DNA of 64,000 nucleotides from an uncultured Bacilli bacterium (GTDB lineage Bacteria; Bacillota_I; Bacilli_A; RF39; UBA660): NCBI GenBank assembly GCA_944372195.1, contig CALVYK010000003.1, positions 10,337 to 74,336 of the forward strand, read 5' to 3'. Shown piece by piece: positions 57,504 to 64,000 of this stretch (position 1 is its first letter; each line of letters starts with the position of its first letter). The notes under the pieces were generated by a model. It saw only the letters and a program-made list of their open reading frames with translations, ran no database searches and was not told where the DNA came from. The position numbers and the translations under genes were made by a program.

Positions 57504-58871
57504 CTAATTATTAATAGCATGATGGACAGTTGGACTAGTTACATTTAACGAAGCAAATACATATCCATGAGATAAACCATATTTAATTATTTCTTCTACA
57601 GCTTGAACACTACCATAATTGGTGTCATGTTGTAATACTATATTATTCCCTTTTTTCAAACTTTTAATGACATTATTAGCTATTTTACTAGAATCTTTTG
57701 TTGCTGTATCGGCAGCTGATACATTCCAATCAAAATATTTATAGCCCCTTAATTCAACTTCTTTAGATAATCTAGTCATTATTCCTTTATTAAATCTACT
57801 TACAGTATTAGAACTGCCACCAGCAAATCTCAAAATATGACTATATTCGCCGGTTATTCTTTTTATTCTATTATTAACTTTATCAATGTCGTTAAAAAAC
57901 GCTTCTTCACTTTTGTATATTTCATTGTAGTTATGACTATAACTATGAATACCAATACTATGCCCTTCTTGATAAGCTCTTTTAATTGATGAATCACTTC
58001 CATTGCTAGTTACAAAAAATGTTGCCTTTACATTATATTCTTTTAATATATCTAATAAATTATTGGTGTAATTGCTTGGGCCATCATCAAAAGTTAAATA
58101 AATTACTTTATCTCCTATTGGAACGTCAGGATTTTTATTATATACGTAAACTGTTCTAGTAGTTTCTATTTTATTATTTAAATCATCAACAACTGAATAT
58201 GTTATAGTATATTTTCCCTCCTTATTACTATCAACTATACCACTTATTTTAACTCTATTTGTAATATCACCTAAACAATTATCAGTAGCAGTATATCCTG
58301 ATTCATCATATTTTTCTCCTACTTTTAAATAAACAATGCTAGAACCATTTAATTTAATTGTTGGCTTTTCATCATCTTTATATTCTATTGGTATTTCTAA
58401 AACAGTTTCATTATTTGAACTATCACTTACTTTTAAAATATATTTATTGTTAATTACTTCTTTTGTAACTTTGTCAGTTATATCATTATCATAATTATCC
58501 ACAGCTTTATATGAAACGTCACCATTTTTATTCGGACAAGATTCAATTACCTCTTTATCCACAGTGATAACAGGAGGCTCATCATCATAAACTTTTATTT
58601 CTTTTTCTATCATTTTATTCTTAAATAAAATTTTTGATTCATATTTAATTTTATAATTACCAATTATATTAGTATCCACATTTCCTTCTATATTAACTGG
58701 TAATTTAAGTATACAAAAACCCAATATATCTTCTAAGCAACTTGATACATTCTCATTATAATTATCAAATACTTTAACATCATTGCTTTCTACAGTTATG
58801 TTAATTTTTAACGTTAAAATATAAAACAAAATAACAGAACTTATAACACCTATGATAACTACTTTCTTCAT
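57504..58871 (-). CDS. Polysaccharide deacetylase (NodB domain) with two N-terminal Ig-like (DUF5011-type) modules
   Basis: Start moved to the ATG at 58871 (GAGGT RBS). The NodB motifs are IYLTFDDGPS, HSYSH and LRFAGGS. The Ig-like modules contain DDEPPVITV... and DDEKPTIKLNG.... Confidence 0.8.
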   Translation of the reverse strand: MKKVVIIGVISSVILFYILTLKINITVESNDVKVFDNYNENVSSCLEDILGFCILKLPVNIEGNVDTNIIGNYKIKYESKILFKNKMIEKEIKVYDDEPPVITVDKEVIESCPNKNGDVSYKAVDNYDNDITDKVTKEVINNKYILKVSDSSNNETVLEIPIEYKDDEKPTIKLNGSSIVYLKVGEKYDESGYTATDNCLGDITNRVKISGIVDSNKEGKYTITYSVVDDLNNKIETTRTVYVYNKNPDVPIGDKVIYLTFDDGPSNYTNNLLDILKEYNVKATFFVTSNGSDSSIKRAYQEGHSIGIHSYSHNYNEIYKSEEAFFNDIDKVNNRIKRITGEYSHILRFAGGSSNTVSRFNKGIMTRLSKEVELRGYKYFDWNVSAADTATKDSSKIANNVIKSLKKGNNIVLQHDTNYGSVQAVEEIIKYGLSHGYVFASLNVTSPTVHHAINN

Positions 58872-58957
58872 AATATACCTCAAATAATTATTTTACCATA
58901 AATAAATTTTATTTAAAGTTGTTTTGTAAAATTTAAAAAAATTAGACACTTTTGTGT

Positions 58958-59599
58958 CTAAAATAAATTCCAAGGATAATAATTTGGTAATGGTTGTTCA
59001 AAAACTAATTCTTCCTTTGTTATTGGATGATAAAATGTTAACTTGTTAGCAAATAAACAAACAGGTATTTTTTTTACTTCTATCTTATTGTATTTATTAT
59101 CACCTACCAATGGATGATTATGATAAGCAAATTGAACTCTTATTTGATGTGATCTACCTGTTTTTAAATTAATTTTAACTAATGAATAATTATCAACATA
59201 TTTCACTAGTTCATATTCTAAGATTGATTCCTTACCTTTTTTATCCACTTTAGTTATATTTGTTTTTTTATCTTTTAGTAAATTATCTTTGTAAATACCT
59301 TTATCAACTTTACCTATAACTATAGCATGATATTCTTTTTTAAACTGCTTCAATCTTATTTGTTCACTTAATCTTGAAGCAGCTTTACTTGTTTTCGCAA
59401 ATACCATGACTCCACTTACAGGTCGATCTAATCTATGAACTAATCCTAAATAAACATTTCCTGGTTTATTATACTTTTCTTTTAAATAGTTTTTTAACAT
59501 ACTTAATAAATCTTCATCTTTAGATTCATCTTCACAAACTGGTACATTAACAGGTTTTACAACTACTAATAAATGATTATCTTCATATATTATCTTCAT
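58958..59599 (-). CDS. RluA-family pseudouridine synthase
   Basis: Start at the ATG at 59599 (the track start is an upstream GTG). The catalytic motif is HRLDRPVSGVMVFAKT and a second motif is GRSHQIR. Confidence 0.85.
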   Translation of the reverse strand: MKIIYEDNHLLVVVKPVNVPVCEDESKDEDLLSMLKNYLKEKYNKPGNVYLGLVHRLDRPVSGVMVFAKTSKAASRLSEQIRLKQFKKEYHAIVIGKVDKGIYKDNLLKDKKTNITKVDKKGKESILEYELVKYVDNYSLVKINLKTGRSHQIRVQFAYHNHPLVGDNKYNKIEVKKIPVCLFANKLTFYHPITKEELVFEQPLPNYYPWNLF

Positions 59600-60455
59600 T
59601 TTCCCATCTTCCGTATATACCACAAGGCAAAACTAAATTATTATCTTTAATAGGCAATCCTATTTCCCCAGCTGTAACTTTTCCTTTGTATTTACTTTCT
59701 AAAGTAGTTTTTAAAATATTATATAAAACAGTACTTGATATACCAGTTGTATAAGCATTAATTAAGAAAAATAATGGTTCATCACTTAATATTTTTAAAC
59801 ATTCATTAATTAAATTATATAAATTATCTTCAAACTTCCACATTTCACCATTAGGACCTCTACCATAACTAGGAGGATCCATGATAATTACGTCGTATTT
59901 ATTTCCTCTTCTAAATTCTCTTTGTACAAATTTTAAGCAATCATCCACGATAAATCTTATTTTATTATTTTCTAATCCACATAATTTCATATTTTCTTTT
60001 GCCCATTCAACCATACCTTTAGCAGCATCAACATGAACTACATCAGCTCCGGCATAACTTGCTGCCATCGTTGCACCACCTGTATAAGCGAATAAATTTA
60101 AAACTTTAATTTTTCTTTTACTATTTTTTATTTTATTAATTGAAAAATCCCAATTAGCAGCTTGTTCAGGAAATAATCCAGTATGCTTAAAATTAGTAGG
60201 ACTTACTTTAAATTTTAAAGCTTTATATTTTATTATCCAATGTTCAGGTAATTGTTTTTTATATTCCCAATATCCACCACCTTTATTAGAACGATGGTAA
60301 AAAGCATCAACATTATTCCATAATTCACTATTTTTAATTGGCCACATAGCTTGCGGATCAGGTCTTCTTAATATGACATTACCCCATCTTTCTAATTTTT
60401 CACCATTTCCAGCACTCAAACATTCATAATCAGTCCATTCGTTACTTAACAACAT
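59583..60455 (-). CDS. Class I SAM-dependent methyltransferase (RlmI/RlmK-like, COG1092-type)
   Basis: 290 aa. It has GEKLERWG...LRRPDPQAMW, the SAM-binding stretch VLNLFAYTGG, and DVIIMDPPSYGRG. Confidence 0.75.
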   Translation of the reverse strand: MLLSNEWTDYECLSAGNGEKLERWGNVILRRPDPQAMWPIKNSELWNNVDAFYHRSNKGGGYWEYKKQLPEHWIIKYKALKFKVSPTNFKHTGLFPEQAANWDFSINKIKNSKRKIKVLNLFAYTGGATMAASYAGADVVHVDAAKGMVEWAKENMKLCGLENNKIRFIVDDCLKFVQREFRRGNKYDVIIMDPPSYGRGPNGEMWKFEDNLYNLINECLKILSDEPLFFLINAYTTGISSTVLYNILKTTLESKYKGKVTAGEIGLPIKDNNLVLPCGIYGRWENEDNI

Positions 60456-60483
60456 AAAATCACCTTTATCAATTATATCATAA

Positions 60484-60512
60484 ATAAAAGAGGATTTTAA
60501 ATTTATCCTCTT
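60484..60512 (-). terminator. Second hairpin/terminator between ldh and the methyltransferase gene
   Basis: On the minus strand: AAGAGGAT aaatttaaa ATCCTCTT followed by TTATTTAT. It is followed by a TATAAT box and the RBS AAGGTGA of the next gene. Confidence 0.55.
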
Positions 60513-60574
60513 AAAATTATCTTAAACTTATTAAAATAAAAATTATCAACATCAAATATTGTTAAATTATTCAA

Positions 60575-60619
60575 ATATTAAAACGAATTTGAATTCATTA
60601 CTCAAATTCGTTTTAATAT
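60575..60619 (-). terminator. Strong hairpin downstream of ldh
   Basis: Perfect 18-bp stem ATATTAAAACGAATTTGA (60575-60592) / TCAAATTCGTTTTAATAT (60602-60619) with a 9-nt loop. The flank is moderately T-rich. Confidence 0.65.
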
Positions 60620-60641
60620 TAAATTTATTTAATCTATCAAC

Positions 60642-61544
60642 CTATATTTTAGATATAGCTTCTTTAATTACATTAATGGAATCTTGCAATTTTTTAGTTT
60701 CATCTTTTGTTAAATTAACAAACACCTTATTTTTAATACCATTCCTATTAATAATAGCTGGTAATCCGATAAAAATATTATTGTTTTCATCATATGTTGA
60801 CACTGTAATAATACTATTTTCATTATTTAATATGGCATTGGTAATTCTAACTAAGCACATACCAATTCCATAGTATGTAGCACCTTTCCTATTAATAATT
60901 TCATAAGCAGCATTTTTAACATTTAAGTAAATTTCATTTAATTCAAAATCATTCAAATAATCTTTAATATTTTGTAATCCTATATTAGCATTACTCCAAG
61001 GAACAAACTCAGAATCTCCATGTTCGCCTATGACATAAGCATGGACATTTTTTGGACTTACTTCTAATTTATCAGCTATCATATATCTTAATCTTGATGT
61101 ATCTAAACTAGTTCCTGAACCTATTACTTTATTAGTATGTAAGTTAGAATATTTCCAAGTTAAATAAGTCATTACATCTAACGGATTAGTAGCTACTAAA
61201 AAAATACCATTAAATCCATTATCCATAACTTTAGTAACAATATCTTTAAATATTTTACTATTCTTATAAATTAAATCCATTCTTGTTTCGCCTTTTTCTT
61301 GATTTGCTCCAGCCGCAATAACTACCATAGTAGCATCTTTACAATCTTCATAACTACCAGCTTTAATATCAATTTTATTTGGTGCGAAAGCTAAACAATG
61401 ATTTAAATCCATTACTTCACCGATTACTCTTTCTTTATCTAAATCAATTAAAACTAATTCATTAACATTTGTATTTTGATTTAATAAAGCATAAGCATAA
61501 CTCATACCAACATTACCACAACCAATTAAAACAATTTTATTCAT
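60642..61544 (-). CDS. ldh: L-lactate dehydrogenase
   Basis: 300 aa. The NAD motif is KIVLIGCGNVGMSYAYAL and the catalytic region is GEHGDSEFVPWS. Confidence 0.9.
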   Translation of the reverse strand: MNKIVLIGCGNVGMSYAYALLNQNTNVNELVLIDLDKERVIGEVMDLNHCLAFAPNKIDIKAGSYEDCKDATMVVIAAGANQEKGETRMDLIYKNSKIFKDIVTKVMDNGFNGIFLVATNPLDVMTYLTWKYSNLHTNKVIGSGTSLDTSRLRYMIADKLEVSPKNVHAYVIGEHGDSEFVPWSNANIGLQNIKDYLNDFELNEIYLNVKNAAYEIINRKGATYYGIGMCLVRITNAILNNENSIITVSTYDENNNIFIGLPAIINRNGIKNKVFVNLTKDETKKLQDSINVIKEAISKI

Positions 61545-61738
61545 TATTTTATCCTTTCAATTTCTTGTTCATAAACTCCTGAATCATACTCTAATTTTTT
61601 TAAAGTCAACAGCTTGAATTTTTGTAATTGTTCACTATTCATCTTGTTTATATTTTTTAATAGTATATTATATTTTGCGCTAAAATCTTCATTTGATACG
61701 TTAGTATCAATTAATTCTTTTAATAATTGTTCTATCAT
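61544..61738 (-). CDS. Hypothetical 64-aa helical protein, translationally coupled on both sides
   Basis: Its ATG is in an ATGA overlap with the upstream TGA (61735-61738). Its TAA overlaps the ldh ATG (TAATG at 61542-61546). Confidence 0.5.
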   Translation of the reverse strand: MIEQLLKELIDTNVSNEDFSAKYNILLKNINKMNSEQLQKFKLLTLKKLEYDSGVYEQEIERIK

Positions 61739-63105
61739 CTATTTCCCTTCCTTTTGTTTTCTACAATATATTGTTCAATATATTCTAAATCATTATCGCT
61801 TTCTTCAAGTAATTTAGCTATTTCCTGATCACTAGTTGGATACTTCCTACTACATAAAGTATTATATATAACATTACCAGTATTATCTTTTTTTACTCCA
61901 ACTCCCATTATGCAATATAATTTTGGATTAATAGGATGCAATACAATTCTTATTTGGTCATCTTTTAATTTTCTAAACTCTTTATAACGTGAAGTAAAAC
62001 CTTCAATATTTTTATTGGTTAATGTGCTATTAATTAGTGATTTGATTAAATCTAGAACTTTTGATAAATACTCATTATTTATATTTTTTAAATCTTTTAT
62101 AAAATAAGATTTCCCGTTTGCATCTTTGGCAAAAATTACTTTTATATCTGATGTTTCTACCTTATCATCATCATTACTAGTAATATTAAAATATTTGTTT
62201 CTAAATTTTAAATATAAATATGTTAATCGTTTATATTTATATATTATTTCTTTTTTTGTTTCTAAATCAATATAGAATTCTTTCATTTTTATTAATGAAA
62301 TAGTTTCAAGTATCTGTTCTTGTAATTTTTTAATCATTAAAATATAAAATAATTTTAAATCATTTTCATTTTGCAATTCTTGACTAATTTCTTCAAAATA
62401 CTTGTCAAAATCTTTTTGATATTTCAACAATGAATAGTGAAGTTCGACTTTTCGTTCGACTTCTTTACTATAATCTAGAGTGTCATCTTCAATTATCTCA
62501 AAGCCAAATGAAAGCATATCCAATACTTCATTTTTATAACTTTGTGGATATTTATGAATTCTTTCATAAACATTTCGATTATATATACTTATAATTTCTA
62601 AAAATTTTATTTGTTCAATTGGTGAAAAATTTTTTCCCTCAAAATATTTTTCTAAAAATTTAACTATTTTATATGGTATATATTGTTTAAATTTTATTTG
62701 TGCTAAAATTATTTTAAACGTTGTTATTTTCTCGTCATTATTTTCTATCTTTTTAGTTAACTCTACAATTTTATCGTTTAATTCTTGATTTTTTCTAATT
62801 AATTTTTTGAATAAATTATTTACAAATTGAATAGCATTTTTATATTCGTTTGAATCTATCAATTGCTTTTGTTGACAAAAAACTAACTTTTTTGATAATT
62901 GCAAAGCTATATCCTTATCTAACATTTCTAATATTATTAAAATATTTTCTTTATTTTCAATTATTTTATTAATATCATTAGAGTCCCTAATAACTTCTTC
63001 ATACAAATCCTTTAATGTTTTCATTTTGTCTAATTCATCTTTATCAGATTTATCTTTTTCAATATCGAGTTCTAACATATCAATTATTTGTGAAATATTC
63101 TCCAT
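61735..63105 (-). CDS. 456-aa helical protein with a HigB/Gp49 (RelE/ParE-superfamily)-like C-terminal domain
   Basis: Start at the ATG at 63105 (GGTGAT RBS). The N-terminal ~320 aa are helical and K/E/L/I-rich. The C-terminal VIFAKDANGKSYFIKDL...EFRKLKDDQIRIVLHPINPKLYCIMGVGVKKDN resembles Gp49/HigB toxins. Confidence 0.6.
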   Translation of the reverse strand: MENISQIIDMLELDIEKDKSDKDELDKMKTLKDLYEEVIRDSNDINKIIENKENILIILEMLDKDIALQLSKKLVFCQQKQLIDSNEYKNAIQFVNNLFKKLIRKNQELNDKIVELTKKIENNDEKITTFKIILAQIKFKQYIPYKIVKFLEKYFEGKNFSPIEQIKFLEIISIYNRNVYERIHKYPQSYKNEVLDMLSFGFEIIEDDTLDYSKEVERKVELHYSLLKYQKDFDKYFEEISQELQNENDLKLFYILMIKKLQEQILETISLIKMKEFYIDLETKKEIIYKYKRLTYLYLKFRNKYFNITSNDDDKVETSDIKVIFAKDANGKSYFIKDLKNINNEYLSKVLDLIKSLINSTLTNKNIEGFTSRYKEFRKLKDDQIRIVLHPINPKLYCIMGVGVKKDNTGNVIYNTLCSRKYPTSDQEIAKLLEESDNDLEYIEQYIVENKRKGNR

Positions 63106-63159
63106 GTATATCACCACATATTAATTCTAGCATAAAAAAATAACCAAGTAAATACTTGA

Positions 63160-63573
63160 TTATCTTTTACTAAATTGTGGTGCACGACGAGCTGCTTTTA
63201 ATCCTGGCTTCTTACGTTCTTTAATTCTTGAATCTCGAGTAATAAAACCAGCTTTCTTTAAAATAGAACGATAACTATTTTCTGATTTTTCATTTACTTT
63301 ATCATATTCTAATAAAGCTCTTGTAATTCCTAATCTGATTGCTCCTGTTTGACCTGTAAATCCGCCACCATTAACTTTTACATCAATGTCAAATGTTTTT
63401 TCATTGTTTGTAGCTACTAATGGTTGCATTAAATCCATAACATTAGTTTCATATGGGAAGAATTCTCTAACATCACGACCATTAACAGTAATTTTACCGC
63501 TACCTGAAGTCATTTTTACTTGAGCTACAGAAGATTTTCTTCTACCAGTACCAAGATATATTTTCTTTTCCAT
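63160..63573 (-). CDS. rpsI: 30S ribosomal protein S9
   Basis: It has [12 protein letters not shown] and the C-terminus [27 protein letters not shown]. Confidence 0.95.
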   Translation of the reverse strand: MEKKIYLGTGRRKSSVAQVKMTSGSGKITVNGRDVREFFPYETNVMDLMQPLVATNNEKTFDIDVKVNGGGFTGQTGAIRLGITRALLEYDKVNEKSENSYRSILKKAGFITRDSRIKERKKPGLKAARRAPQFSKR

Positions 63574-63582
63574 AAATTCCTC

Positions 63583-63996
63583 CTATTTCATTTCCTTTGG
63601 TTTTTGAGCCATATGTGGATGTTCGCTTCCAGCATAAACAAATAATTTTTTATACATTTGTCTACCTAATCTTCCTTTTGGTAACATACCTTTTACAGCT
63701 CTTTCAATCATTTCTACAGGATAATCTTCACGCATAGTTCTTGCAGTTCTTTCTCTTAATCCACCAGTATATCCACTATGATTATAATAGATTTTGTCAT
63801 CTAATTTATTACCAGTTAAATTAACTTTACTAGCATTAATTACGATAACATTATCACCACAATCGATATGTGGAGTGTAAGTTGGTTTGTGTTTACCACG
63901 TAATACTGTAGCAACTTTAGTAGCTAAACGGCCTAAGTTTTCACCTTCAGCATCGATTACCCACCAATCTCTTACTACGTCTTCTTTTCTTTGCAT
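63583..63996 (-). CDS. rplM: 50S ribosomal protein L13 (start at or just beyond the window edge)
   Basis: It has [33 protein letters not shown]. An ATG lies at 63996, but the frame stays open to base 64000, so a slightly longer N-terminus cannot be excluded. Confidence 0.9.
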   Translation of the reverse strand: MQRKEDVVRDWWVIDAEGENLGRLATKVATVLRGKHKPTYTPHIDCGDNVIVINASKVNLTGNKLDDKIYYNHSGYTGGLRERTARTMREDYPVEMIERAVKGMLPKGRLGRQMYKKLFVYAGSEHPHMAQKPKEMK

Positions 63997-64000
63997 ATAA

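Overview
This is a visibly AT-rich chromosomal segment (composition judged by eye, not computed) from a spore-forming Firmicute. Markers are a PolC-type replicase, a gerA-type germinant-receptor operon, cwlD, a CotY/CotZ-family coat protein, scpAB, rplM-rpsI and two csp genes. I can support 65 protein-coding genes, several with starts moved relative to the ORF track on the basis of an RBS plus ATG/GTG. I also support one tRNA-Leu(CAA), one nonsense-interrupted acyltransferase pseudogene, a set of intrinsic terminators (several shared by convergent genes), one promoter and four tandem-repeat features. No rRNA, CRISPR array, integrase, intact IS element or prophage is visible. From about 21 kb onward nearly every gene is on the minus strand. 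Ordinary content: buk-ptb, an NMT1-type binding protein plus a separate ATPase/permease pair, uvsE, a P-type cation ATPase, a patatin-trpS operon, polC, an LTA-synthase-family enzyme, trmL, feoAB, ldh, an RluA-family synthase and a SAM methyltransferase. Less ordinary content, in my order of interest: (1) 31.0-34.5 kb holds two tandem paralogs of unknown family, divergent from a ClpX-like AAA+ protein that lacks the zinc finger and the ClpP-docking loop, beside tRNA-Leu. This is my best candidate for an undescribed system. (2) 48.9-51.8 kb holds a monocistronic 964-aa protein with a canonical prepilin signal and grafted Ig-like repeats, flanked by long ORF-free spacers. (3) 42.8-45.6 kb is an agr-type quorum-sensing locus whose AgrD precursor (39 aa) is missing from the ORF track and whose BD and CA halves converge. 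(4) 52.4-58.9 kb is an envelope/sporulation-looking operon: deacetylase, cwlD, a Cys-rich bitopic protein, and a 972-aa coiled-coil/TM/Pro-Thr-repeat protein. (5) 61.5-63.1 kb encodes a 456-aa helical protein with a HigB/Gp49-like C-terminus, translationally chained to a 64-aa ORF and ldh. All functional calls rest on my own reading of motifs in the translated ORFs. No database search, structure prediction or composition calculation was possible, and family names and DUF numbers are from memory.
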